This document shows positions 25,392-37,932 of a DNA stretch of 64,000 bases, piece by piece. Made by a program: the position numbers and the translations under genes. Source of the stretch: Mizuhopecten yessoensis (Eukaryota). Positions within the stretch are counted from its first letter, which is position 1, and every line of letters begins with the position of its first letter. The stretch covers positions 260,423 to 324,422 of the forward strand of contig NW_018408648.1 in the NCBI RefSeq assembly GCF_002113885.1, in the 5' to 3' direction. The notes under the pieces are model-generated. The model made no database searches and was not told the DNA's origin. It was given only the letters and a program-made list of their open reading frames with translations.

Positions 25392-27040
25392 ATATCTTGG
25401 AACTATGACTGGACATGCAGTATACATGAAATATATCTTATGTTCCTTATTCTGATGACACAGTGGGTAATCCTACATATGAGACCTGCAAAAAAATGAT
25501 ATAGGTGCACGTGTATATTCATTCTGAAGTAAACACAGTTAGTAGTCATGTGACATAACAGTACAAACAGTCATGGAGAGGGATATAGATATTATTTAGT
25601 ACTCATCTTAGGTTCACAAGGTTCAATTAAGCTTGCAACAATCTTGCAGGGACTATATAGCTTGCTGAAAGTTTCAGAAACAAATCCCTCGCAAGCTTGC
25701 AACACAGATTCATTTATGGCTTTACTAGTTTATTAAGCTTGCTGCAATTTCAAAGGGACTAGCTCGCTGTAAGCTTGCAGGATGAAGTTGCTGCAATACT
25801 TTACAAGCTGGTTACTTCCTTGCTGCAAGCTTGCAGCAAAGTTCAATTACCAGCTTGCTGCAAGGTTCCAATTTCTTGCTTGCAGATTAATCTTGTACAA
25901 AAGGAAAATGCAAGCTTCCCATTTCTGTTTGGGATGTTATTGGTACTCATTACCTATAAGTTTGACTCTATAAATAATTGTGAAATACAGTAAAAAAAAA
26001 ATCACTCAAAACTATATTGAAGCAATATTATAGGTATATGAAATAATGCACTTTATATTTTCCATATATTTGAATATTATTTTTCACATTCTTAATTAGT
26101 AAATTAATTTCTAATCTGTGTATCATTTAAAATCTCAGCAATAAAATACAATGTTAATTCAGTCTTATGAACACTAATAATGATATTTTTTGGCAGAAAG
26201 TTAAAAAAGGTAAAAAAAAATAATTAAAAAATCAAGTGGTGTATAATCTACATAAAATTACAGAATTTATCATCATTTGTTCAACATACTTTACGTACAT
26301 GATATAGTTAATTGGTAGGGGAGTAGACCAATACACATTATTTACCATTCTGGATACACATATCAAGGAGGTTATTTGAAACTGAACACATTGGATTTGT
26401 GTGTGTATGCAAACTGGTCATTTTCTTTAAGAAATGGTGGTGACTACGGTATCTGTCTGCGCTTCATGTCGCTCCACATACAAACACAGCCATTAATCTG
26501 ATGATTCTTAATAAAATAAAGTATAATCTGACACACTTTAGTTATTCTTAAGATTGATCACAATGTACCTGGTATATGTATGTGCACATATAAATAAAAA
26601 AGAAAACGAATTGTGTCCTGATTTTTTTCTCTCTGCTACTTGATGGATATCACCTGTACACAGTGATATACACTGTACACTCACATAAAATTTGTCCTAC
26701 TATGAAAGCAAATCTAATAATTTACTAAATGAAATATAAGTGATATGCAAGGTCTTCAGTGGGGCCAGGAATGTTGATTCATAAACAAAACAAAATCACA
26801 GCTGCAGATATTATTCTTGTGTATCAGTAATTCACAACAAAAAGGAATTAGTCACAAAAATAATGGACTTACAGCTGGTACTCTTGTCTGAATACAATAA
26901 TTTTCCTAATAGTTTAGTTAAGTGCTCTGTGTCCTAAGGCTAACAGCAGGTACATTGAGCCAAACAGTACATAGGCATGAGGACTAAATTCCCTGTTTAT
27001 CAGCTACAAGAATTACCATAAAATGCATGATTATATATTA

Positions 27041-27664
27041 GTCTGACCAGTGGCTATCTTGCTGTATTTCTGACCAGTGGCTAACTTACTGTATTTCTTA
27101 CTAGTGTCTATATTGCTTTATTTCTGACCAGTGGCTATCTTAATTACTGTATTTCTGACCAGTAGCTATCTTACTGTATTTCTGACCAGTGGTTATCTTG
27201 CTGTATTTCTGACCAATGGCTATCTTACTCTATTTCTGACCAGTGGCTATCTTACTGTATTTCTGACCAGTAGATATCTTACTCTATTTCTGACCAGTGG
27301 CTATCTTACTCTATTTCTGACCAGTGGCTATCTTACTGTATTTCTGACCAGTAGATATCTTACTCTATTTCTGACCAGTGGCTATCTTACTCTATTTCTG
27401 ACCAGTGGCTATCTTACTGTATTTCTGACCAGTAGATATCTTACTCTATTTCTGACCAGTGGCTATCTTACTCTATTTCTGACCAGTGGCTATCTTACTG
27501 TATTTCTGACCAGTAGATATCTTACTCTATTTCTGACCAGTGGCTATCTTACTCTATTTCTGACCAGTGGCTATCTTACTGTATTTCTGACCAGTGGATA
27601 TATTGTTGTTTTTCTGATCAGTGGATATCTTGCTGTATTTCTGACCCGTGGCTATCTTGCTGTA
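27041..27664. repeat. 27-bp minisatellite (CTGACCAGTGGCTATCTTACTSTATTT) with 81-bp higher-order repeat
   Basis: ~23 units directly visible, with a three-unit variant cycle in the centre. Confidence 0.97.
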
Positions 27665-27704
27665 CTATGTACTAAAATAAGTTAAATTAAGCAACAGACA
27701 AAAA

Positions 27705-28312
27705 TTATCACCACCCTGGGCCTTTTGGTTATTTAGAAAAAAATATGTTTATATTAGCATTTGATCCCTGTGACCTTGAAAGGTGATTCAGATCATATTT
27801 GAACAAACTTTAGCCCTTCATCCCAGCATGCTGCTGACCAGATACCATCACCCTAGTTTTTTTTAGTACTGAGAAGAAGTTGTTCAAACATTTTAACATA
27901 TTTCACCTGTGTGAACTAGAAAGTGGGCTAAGGTCATTTATTTGAACAAAATTGGAGCTTTTTCTCCCAGCATTTCCCCCCCAGACTTTTTGGTTAATCA
28001 GAGGAAGTTGTTAACACATTTGACCACTGTGACTTTGAAAATCTGTTAAGGTCATTCATTTCAACAATTTTTGTAACCCTTCATCCCTGCATGCTACTGG
28101 CAAAATATCAGCACCCTGGGCTTTCAGTTATTAAGAAAAAATATTTGAGATATTTAACACATTTGACCCTAGTGACCTTCAAAGTAGGTCAATAATTATA
28201 AACTTTGTAGCCCTTCATCCCATTATGCTACAGGCCAAATTCAGAAGAAATTGTTTAAAGATCTTAATATATTTGAACCCTGTGACCTTAAAATGGGCCA
28301 GTTGAGCTAAAA
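27705..28312. mobile_element. Truncated HINE, same internal repeat as 2322-3647
   Basis: ccctgtgaccttgaa / tagcccttcatcccagcatg units; ends ..gttgagctaaaa. Confidence 0.7.
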
Positions 28313-29219
28313 ATCTATCTCTTTGCATTTCACTTCAACAGAAAAGTAAAGAGAAGCATATTTGAAAAGAATAACAAAGGTATGGCATTCCGTTTTGAAT
28401 TGTAAAGGAACAATAGAGTATATTGTGGGTAGGAATGTTATACAATTTGAAATTCACTCAACCAGAACAGTTAGACAAACAGTAACAGCAATTAAAATAT
28501 ATCATCCAGAATACTCAAAGTCTCATCAAGTAAAACACATTGTACTTGTATAGAAGATAAGATTTTCTGGCACTGTTCCAATATATATCTAGGTACATTT
28601 CTCTCAAAGTGGGTTTAAACTCGCCATTAAATATAAACCTTAATAGCACAGTTTATGTGATCAGCATGTTTGAATATCTTAAAAGACGCCACAGTACACA
28701 AAATAGCACAAAAAACAGTAGTTACAGCCTTTATAATGCACTCAATCACTTTTACTCTCAAATTTGTCAGTGGGGGGAAAGCAAAATTAATCCACATGAA
28801 ATATATTGTCATTGGTTTTCTACGTACATGGCAAAGTGTGAGCAATAAAATGGTCTTTAATTCCAGGAAGAAGTAGTCAAGAATAGTAGAAGAGTATAAA
28901 ACTCGATATCACTCCTATGTGTTGTAAAACGAGACATCTCAACCAGAGATAAAGATTATTTAACTTGAGTATATGTAACTTTGCTGAAACCTGGCACATC
29001 CTTAAATGACCATAGCTGTTAATAGGACGTAAAACTCAATTAAACAAACCAAACTTTGCTGAGTGAAAATCTTTAATAAACCTTATCTCAATTGTTCAGA
29101 TTTCTATGTCCGCATCACACAGGACTAAACAAGCATTTGTAATGGTGAACCCAATGCACATCACTGGTACTGCTGTGTAAGGTGATGACAGGATGGTGAC
29201 ATCTTTAGATATTAAAAAA

Positions 29220-29573
29220 ATAATAATAATAATAATTTGAGGTTCTTATATACTGCTTTATCACAACCTAGTTTGTAGGTCGTCTCAAAGCAGTTCACAA
29301 ATTATTATCCGTGGTTATAGGACCTTTGCAACCAGCCAATATCTTTCTCAACTCCCTGGGGAGCATACAGCCGGTGCTGCCATTTCGGCGCTAACAGCTA
29401 GCATTCAACAATTCTAGCGCTGCCCAACCACGTACTCATTTACAGCTGAGTAGACTGGAACAAACGGAGTAAAGTATCTTGCTCTAAGATACAACACATT
29501 GCCGTGCCGTGACTCGAACCCGCAACCCTTTGGTCACGAGCCTGGCATCCTACCACTAGACTACCGTGCCTCC
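29220..29573 (-). mobile_element. Full-length tRNA-derived CORE-type SINE
   Basis: Minus strand: A box tagtctagtgg, B box gggttcgagtc, CORE-like gagcaagatacttta..cagctgtaaatgagtac, and an (ATT)n tail. Confidence 0.75.
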
Positions 29574-30120
29574 ACAATAGAAAATATCATGCTGTGTGAG
29601 CTGTCTTTCCCTCACTTAGTAAAGATGTTTTTCTGAATTTTCCTAGCTAAAATGGGAGTGCAACTGTGAAGTTAGGTTATAACCAATACATATATTTGAT
29701 GGTTACTTATTTCACCTTGACCTAAAAGTAAAGGTGATGTTGACCAATATCAAGTACATGCTATACAGCACAATGTTCTTTTGGTGATGCAGAAAATTTT
29801 GTGATTTATCGAGACATCTTTAAAGGTAGAAGAAATATAAAAGACTGCACTTATCAAATTTCCCTTTCACCTATAGAGATGAAGGTCACAGTGACCTAAT
29901 TACTATACACTTCTGTGGGTGACGCAGATACAACCTAAGTTTCATCAAGACAGGTGACCATTAATGATGCATTATTCACACCTTCAGGGGACGACAAAGT
30001 TACTGTTCATTCAAGTTTTATTCTGATTTCATTGATGGTAAACAGCTAGCCTGGACAATATTCTGCTGAAAATATGCTCTTATTTGATTTTTGATCTTGA
30101 AATGAAGGTCACATGAGGTG

Positions 30121-30430
30121 CATCCTCGATATCCAGAGGTTACGCTCACTTTCACTCTCTGTACCCCTGGAATATGTCATAGCAAAATTGAAGGCACGAA
30201 GATAGCTGTTTGATTGGTCTCAGGTGAAAAAAACTGAACAATCGCTACTTCAAAGCCTGTCAATTTTTACCGTTACGTGACCGCAAGATTCTTTTGATGT
30301 ACATCAAAGGATCGAACTAGTCTTCTCGTCTCGTCCACAAGGTGCTGCATATTGAGTCTTCAATTTTGCTATGACATATTTCAGGGGTGTAGAGAGCGAA
30401 AGTGAGCGTAAACCCTGAATATCGAGGATG
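30121..30430. mobile_element. MITE with ~75-bp TIRs (MULE-like)
   Basis: catcctcgatatcc...gaatatcgaggatg with a near-TSD acatgaggtg/acagaggtg. Sister copy at 62080-62367. Confidence 0.85.
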
Positions 30431-30714
30431 ACAGAGGTGAATCTGATTCAGGTATTCATAAAATTTCATAAAGATGTCTTTTAGGGTTGAAAAGCTACTG
30501 CACAGACAAGATTGCATAAGAAGAAATCAAACCACTCGGAAGAAGAACTGTGTTAATAGACTATGTCTCCCTTTATTTTAGGGGGATGCATAATAAGGGT
30601 CAAATAAGAATATAAATATAAACTTGATTTATTTTACAACATTTGTGAAACAAATTACTTCAACTTGCATTAATCACTCTTGTTGACCCGGATGTTAGCT
30701 CATGGGGGCTTAAT

Positions 30715-30864
30715 GCAGGGGGAAACTTGAGTATATGGAGAAAAGTCAGAAAACCTTCATGGTCGGGCAGCTGACCCCATACCTTTTCATGCAGGTTCGG
30801 GGAGTGGAACCTCAGCCATCTTGTTAAAAGGCGAATGTGTTATCCATTGAACCACCTAACCACT
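30715..30864 (-). mobile_element. V-type SINE copy
   Basis: Similar to 18595-18763. Confidence 0.55.
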
Positions 30865-32744
30865 ACGTGTGGTGTAGCAGATAACACTATAATTATAAAT
30901 TTTGATGCAAGTACTACCTCTGCTGAACACAAGCAACTGAAGTGTAGAGAAAGCTATCACGAAAGAGACAACTTAAGTGATACTATATGTTTTTGAACAT
31001 TGTACAAAGGGAGACAATCCACTCTATAGAATCATAGAAACATTGTACACTTTTAATTAGTTGATCAGAGGGCCGGGAGTGCCACCATTTACATGGAACT
31101 GTGCTATTGTGATTTCTGATAAATGGTATTTTGATCCTTTTTCCAACAATTTCTTCATTTTTTTATGGGAACGACATAAAAACAGATATACCTACAGTAT
31201 GGCATTTTCAAGACATTTACCAACACTTCTAGTTAAAGCAGGGAAAAGAAAATGATACTGGAAAATGGTAAGAAAAACATTAAAACAACTTACTCAAAAT
31301 ATACTCATGACGCTTGGAAGAATTGCCCTACAAATTGATGATCATTCTAATACATTTACATTTGCTCTGCATTGCCACTATATAACACTACTAGCAGAAA
31401 TGCATTTCATTTGAGTATGAAAGCAAAAACTCTCGTGACGTTACACGTGGTTTACTTATGACGTCATAGATTTAAACCTTGTTCAATGAGAGTCTTGTTG
31501 CTTCGCCTCGAATAACATGGACAATGCCCCCATGTCAAACGCTCAAATGATTACGGTTAATTTATAATTGGCGCCAATGTCGTTTAAAGGACGATGCATA
31601 TACAGGGCGCAGTTAATAAATAAATTATTATGAACAAATAAATTAAATTAAACTGTTCTTTAGTAGAAATGTAAATATATGGATTGAACTGCGTTTTTGA
31701 AATTTTCATGCCGGTATGCCGTTCGATCCCTATAAAATTACCATTCTTTAATCTTAACGTAACAGAGGTGATTATTTTTTCAAAGCCTCTGCTAGGAGTC
31801 GAACCCGGGCTGTCTGGTTTACTAGTCTTACGGTCTATCGAATGAGCTGAAGAGAAATTCTCCCTAGCCGAGTCGGTAAGGAATTCCAATTGGTTAGTAT
31901 TTTCCAGGGTGACATAAATCTACAAAATGATGACTTTTTTTTTCTTACTTTTTTTTTTGTATGTGACATTACCAGGTACACAAGGACAGCAATTTTCTGA
32001 CAAACTGATTATATAGTAATAAATGCTTAATATTTTCTCAATGAACCTCTCATGAATTTTATTTTTGCATTCATAATTTCATTCATGCATCTGTACGTGT
32101 ACTTTATGTACATATTTCATGAACCTATAATTGCAATTTAGTTACAGGTATTTGCATACTCCAAATCATTCAATGCCTCACTAGCCATGATAACTATAAT
32201 TAGCCATTTTAGCATGAGCTTCAGACCATATGCTTTGGACCTCAATTCTAAGATTTGAATATATTACCTGCAGCAGGGTAAAATTGACTTCATGTCAAAC
32301 ACAATGTTAGGTCAGACACCATGATATGGCTACAATATCAGCAATGTCTTTTCTTAAAAAACAGTCAGAATTAAGGAAACAGTTTCTGTAGATTGCATCC
32401 AATATCCAGAATAAACATATGGAAATTGTGTGTAGGAATTCAAATAATTAATCCCTCTTTTAAGAGTCAGATATTTGATGGGTAAGCTGTGACAAAAACT
32501 GTAAAAAAAAATCTTGTTTCCATAATTTTATATTGGAAATATCTTACATTTCCATTTTATGGTTACTGCTATATTTTTTGTGTTTTTTTTTCTGTTGATA
32601 CTGTGATTTCACATGCTATAAACTAAGGATTGAAAATGGATTAAAAATATTGTCTCAGTGTCTGACTTAAGTTCACATTTTATGCATCCATCCATCTTAT
32701 GGCTGAACTTAAAAAGTTGTTGGATTTCCCATTATGGAATGATA

Positions 32745-33595
32745 GTGGGCTTCAGTGTCGGAATGGATAAGGCGTCTGACCATCTACAGTCACTAGCCCT
32801 TTGGGATGGCACGATTTACCCAAAAAGACCCCTAACCCCTCAAAAGACCCCAAATACACCCAAAGAACACCCTAAAAACATCCAGATAAGCTTAAGACCA
32901 CAAAAAAAACACAAACGACACTAAAAATAATATTCAGTTAATATTTTAATGTAGTAACCTAATTTTCTGCATCAACTGTCAACTCCTCCAATCGAAATTA
33001 CGAGAGTATGTTATATGTGAAAACGCAAAATAGATTGAAATAATCAGAACCTTAAAAAAACAAGTACAAATTTAACACATCAAACAATATCCTCTTAACA
33101 GCAAATGCACTTATCAAATCAAAATAAACATAGGCTACCTATGTCAAATAATGTGGAAAGAGTGAGAAAAATACAATTTTATATAACAAATATCGATCTT
33201 CTGTGAAGAGGCAAACGTGTAAACTTGTTTGCAGGGGAAGTAACTCAGATACATATAGTTAATATTACTCACGTCACTATAACTATCCAATTAACGGGAA
33301 ACATCATTATGTTACATAACGTCAGGTAGCAGAAATATAAATACCTATGTATAGTTAATGTTTTTGTGTGTTTTGGGGGTATTTTTGGGTATTTTTGGGG
33401 TATTTTTGGGTAAATCGTGCTGCTGCTCTACCACTGGGTCGAGGGTTCAAGGCCCTACATGCCCGGGACTGAACATTGCCTTGTACTGTCTGTAGGTTGA
33501 AGGTTTCTCTACAGGCGCTCTGGTTAACATCCACCACCAAAACCTGGCACTTCCTTAAATGGCCATAGCTGTTAGTAGGACGTTAAAAAATCTCA
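32745..33595 (+). mobile_element. tRNA-derived SINE interrupted by a TIR element
   Basis: A-box-like gtcggaatgg at ~32756 and B-box-like gggttcaag at ~33442. Tail aaacctggcac..gctgtta.taggacgt is also seen at 28988-29050. Confidence 0.65.
32809..33420. mobile_element. MITE with TIR GCACGATTTACCCAAAAA and low-complexity subterminal repeats
   Basis: gcacgatttacccaaaaa at 32809 and tttttgggtaaatcgtgc ending at 33420. Confidence 0.8.
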
Positions 33596-33814
33596 AACAC
33601 ATTGTGGAATGTTATGATGAAACCTTCCAAAGAGTTCTAAGCCTATAAATTAAAGATAATTTCTTGTCTCTGTCTGACAATGTCCCTTCCAATGCTTAAT
33701 CGCAGGAGTTTTACGTCTGTACAAAAATAAACAAAACCGAATCAACTTCTGTGATTTAATACCGCTGTGGCTATCTCAATGGAACAGTTGCCAGACCTAC
33801 CATCAGTTCACTAT

Positions 33815-34255
33815 CAGGTTGGGGAAAACCACCAACTTGCGTATAATACGCAAACTCGCCTTTTATACGCCAGTTGCAGTATGGATTTGTTACTAAAAAT
33901 AACCCAAATCGCTTTAAGAGTAACTTTTGCAAGATATTATTAAAAATCGCATTAATTTACGACAAGGTAAATTATATTTTGCTACAAGATGTTTACTGAA
34001 AGCATTGCTTAGAAACTTGATGTAACTTTACCGGAAATATTGCATCTATTTTTGGTACTTTCCCACAGGCAAATAAAGTTTATTTTTGCATTTGTATTAT
34101 GTTTCATGACTGAATAAATGCGACTTTGACAAACAATTTGAAAAAGTTTAGATTAAAGTGATTTTGGCTATTTTTAGTAGCAAATCCATACCCCTTTTGG
34201 CCTATAATAGGCGAGTTTGCGTATTATACGCAAGTTAGTGGTTTTCCCCGACCTG
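33815..34255. mobile_element. MITE with ~100-bp TIRs (CAGG...CCTG)
   Basis: caggttggggaaaaccaccaacttgcgtataatacgcaaactcgcc pairs with ggcgagtttgcgtattatacgcaagttagtggttttccccgacctg. Confidence 0.85.
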
Positions 34256-35112
34256 GCTGGAAATACGGAGTGATGTCGATGTTGCTGTGAGCTGTTATGC
34301 AATCAATCAGTGATATTTTCAGTTCAGCTGTTTGTCAGATTGTCCTGGCTTTCTCTCACTCTGACAACTGCGGCTACAACATCATTCATCCAATTCCCGA
34401 TACATGTATTGTACTTTAGGGAAGAGAATTAGATTATTAAAAAAGACTCGATACGATATTTTTTATCTGCTTCCGAGTTCCCAGTAACCCTATCAAATTT
34501 TGACAGAGAATTAAAAAAATATCAAAATGTAATTACCGTTCTTTTGAAAACTCCATTCTTGACTTGTGGACACCCCTAACACCATGTACATCTAGTTAAG
34601 AAGCTGATAACATTTCTGTATGGCGAAAGACTTTGGACTGTTGGACGAGGAACTCTTGTTATGGGCGCCGCCATTGTTGTTGATACTTAGGTCATTTCTA
34701 AATCCGGATATTGACTCTGTACCTCAAATCCGGTATTTATGTCGTGGGTTTATTTTTGAATGCAATCTCTAAAATGCAGTTGAATGTTAAGTTAAAATCT
34801 GTGAGTAAACATAAAAATAGTTTTAACGAAAGAAAAAAAAGGTTTTTTTTAGCTAACTTGAAAGCTCCAAGACCCCAGATTTTAATTTTCCTTAATTATA
34901 ACCAACTTAATTTATATGTAATTTGAATGTATTGTCAGACGTAGTATTGTTTAAATTTATACTTAAGTCATTGATGCAATGGACATGGCTTAATCGAAAG
35001 AAAATCGTCAGAATGAATTACTAATTATGTGGTTATATTCCAACCCCTTATATAGTACTTTCATACCAACTTTAACCATATTAGTTATGCCACCATATTT
35101 TATCGCCACGTG

Positions 35113-35472
35113 GTTTGGCTTTATTTTGTTTAACGTCCTATCGTGTGTTGTGTATGCGTGCTAGGGTGTGTGTGTGTGTGTGTGTGTGTGCTGGGTTTAC
35201 AGAAGGCAGGGTGTGTTGGTGTATCGCCTCCTTGTGATAGCGCGTAACTGATGCCTACTTGTTAGTGCTATCTCACTGAAATATCATGCCAAAGGCACCC
35301 ATCACAGCATTCCACCCGATCACATTATACTGACAACGGGTTACCAGTTGTTGCTATTCCCCTAAATGCTGCATGTGAAGCAGGGAATAACAACTACCAT
35401 TTTTAAGGACTTTGGTATGTCCCGGCCTGGGGGCAGAACCCAGGCTGCCTTCCTCATCTGGGCGAACGTTCA
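35113..35472 (-). mobile_element. MetaSINE-like element containing a (GT)n tract
   Basis: cacattatactgacaacggg...actaccattttt..tttggtatgtcccggcc..gaaccc resembles the Meta domain. (GT)n at ~35166-35190. Confidence 0.6.
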
Positions 35473-35769
35473 ATATTAAAGCCAAAAATGAATCGTTGCT
35501 AAGCAAGGTGCTAGGAAATAAAAGGTAGTTAGAAGTAGAAATATATAGATACCAAATATTGCAATGGGTTCATCAGATTTATTTCGGTCGCTTTTGTGTC
35601 CCAAGTAGAGGGCATAAAAGGAAATCCACAATTCTGCCGGGGGTTCCCTCATTAGTCGCCTCTTACGATGCATATATAACATATACTGCCTTACTGGCAA
35701 GCTAGCTTTTCCAGTGATGCGGTATAACCCGGCGAACTAGTTTAGCAACGTCGAGCGTGGTCAGTTGCT

Positions 35770-37660
35770 TTTAACTGTGGTCTTAGTGACTGGCATCATA
35801 TGATTGGGACTGTTTTTAAAGGGAAATGTAAACCAGTTGTGAAAGAAAAGAGGAAATTTAGATGTTTTAAATATTTTGATGAAAAAACTTTCAGTGATGA
35901 TATAAGTAAAATCCCTTTCCATGCAACTTATGCTTTTGATGGTATTTATTGGGCCCATGAAAAACTTATCACTGATATTATTGATGAACATCCTCTTGTA
36001 AAAGAAAAAGTTGTAAAGCAAAAAAAGTGTCCATTTTTTAATTCAAACTTGCGTAAAGCTTTGTATAAGACACGTATGCTTTTTAACAAATATATTGGTT
36101 GCAAATCAGCCTCTAATTGGGAGGCATTTCGTAACCATAGAAATTATGTGTCTAAAGGCCCACCATTAAACCATTTTTATCAAATAAGGGCTCTGCACAA
36201 TGCAATATGTAATTTTAAAGGAAAAATGGCGAAAATGAGGCCATCATCAGTGACCAAAAAGTGGTCAGCAATGTTTTTATTATTTTTAACGTAAATGTTG
36301 CTTCTAATATTTGCGGAAGTCCTGGAGGGACATTTTTAGTTACCACTTATTTATTATTACTTTTTTGTTATTCCTTATTTGTTATTATTTAGTTGAACTT
36401 TGATTCATTTTTAAACTTTGAAGCTCATTTTTTCTGAAATTTGTAGGAAAGCCTCAATGCAATTGTCCATTTTAAAGCAAATTGGGAGTATTTTTGAACC
36501 AAACAAGGTAGACTTGTAATTCATAATTCTTTTATTGTTTCAAATTTTAACTACTGTTCTTTAGTCTGGCACTCTTGTTCCATGAAGAGTGTCAGAAAGC
36601 TAGAAAAGATACAAGAAAGAGCTTTAGATTTATGCAAAATGATCACAACTCATCATTCAGACACTTACTCAGTATTACCAACAGCGACAGGCTTCATGTA
36701 AGGCATCTAATGGATATCGGTTGTGAGGTTTTTTAGAATTATAAACAAAATGTCTCCTGAAAATAATTATTCATAACCTTGTAAATATTAAGATGTCTAA
36801 TTATGACTACATGAAAGAAAACACTGCAGAGGTGTCCAGGGTCAACACTGAAGTATGGGCATAAATCGTTTTCTTTTGAGGCCGCCCGGTTGTGGCAGTC
36901 TTCCGAAAAGTTGAAAATTTCAAAGAATTCAGGAGGCTGATCCATTCCTGGGATGGCCCCATCTGCCTTTGCAATATCTGCAAAATGCGATACTTCATAC
37001 TGTGCCCCGATTACCTCTGCCACCTGACATTTTGAATTGTGTGATACTTTTATTATCTTATTTGATTTCGTATATGTTTTAATTCTATTCTATATTTTTG
37101 CAGCATCTTATTTGTATTTTAATGTTACATATTCTAAAATATATTTTTTTACAAAACTTGATACATTTTGTTAATTGATTTCGGTATCGTTTTTTAATTC
37201 AATTCTTTGCTATATTAGCATTGTATGTATATTCCACTTCATAGTGTTTTAATCCTAAGTCCTAAGTAATTCTTGTGTGATATACAAGTATTCATTCACT
37301 ATTAACTATGTCTTTTATTTACTTATTCTGAATACTACTTATCTGTGATCACATTTAATGCTTTTCACATAATAACACTATTTTTATATATCTATTGTTT
37401 CAATGGGGTCATATCCCGGGGGTCTTTGTAGGTAGGGGACTCTCAATCACCTAGGAACCTGGGATATGATACTTTCTTTTTCTGCGATAATTTTTACTGC
37501 TTTTTATTTACATATATATGTGATTATCTCCCTTTACTCGTAATATAATGTGTTATTGTTATTTTACATATGTTTGTCGTAATAATAGCTCTCACGATTT
37601 TATGTTCCTTGTTTACCTGTATGCGACGTTTAAAAAGGTGTCTTGTGTCTTGTATTCTTG
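35770..37660 (+). mobile_element. Decayed CR1/L2-like LINE (ORF2 fragments plus 3' UTR and tail)
   Basis: ORF 35800 (RCFKYFDEKTFSDDISKIPF..IIDEHPL..PFFN) resembles the EN-RT linker. Downstream remnants read as N.C.LVWH..KLEKIQERAL. 3' tail is shared with 60030-60100. Confidence 0.75.
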
Positions 37661-37888
37661 TTGTATGGTGGTCTTTTAGTCCCGGAGGTTTGTAGCCTCA
37701 ACGGCCACAGTTATATCTCTAGAAATATGAGTAGCGACATGGTTCCTAGCAATTAACCAGTGCTCCTCTAACTTTGAAATTAATAAATGAAGGGGTTTTA
37801 TCACGGAATTATGCTATCTTAGTCCGTGGTTTTATGAATATCACCTTCTGTTTCAACTGTAGTTTAGACAAATGTGGGTTGGCCCCTA

Positions 37889-37932
37889 CCATCCCCGATG
37901 AGTCCTAGAAGGACGAAACAGTTGTATGATGC
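37889..37932 (+). ncRNA. Degenerate minimal type I hammerhead ribozyme motif
   Basis: catcc CCGAUGA gucc-uagaa-ggac GAAAC aguu GUA ugaug. Core has U4->C; stem II is perfect; stem III is short; stem I is catc/gatg with one mismatch at the base. Confidence 0.7.

Noticed and set aside
27131-27685. 184-aa hydrophobic repeat ORF (LTSGYLTVF)n
   Set aside because: Open only because the unit is 27 bp; non-ATG start; no splice or context support.
31062-31162. Box C/D snoRNA on the minus strand (AUGAAGA...CUGA)
   Set aside because: Box C is imperfect, there is no terminal stem, and no rRNA complement was recognised.
35560-35672. Hammerhead or HDV-like ribozyme near ctgatgaa / gtaagaggcgactaa (minus strand)
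   Set aside because: Could not build the required helices; probably a repeat-derived hairpin.
35800-36294. 164-aa ORF as a host gene
   Set aside because: LINE ORF2 fragment; adjacent frames are disrupted.
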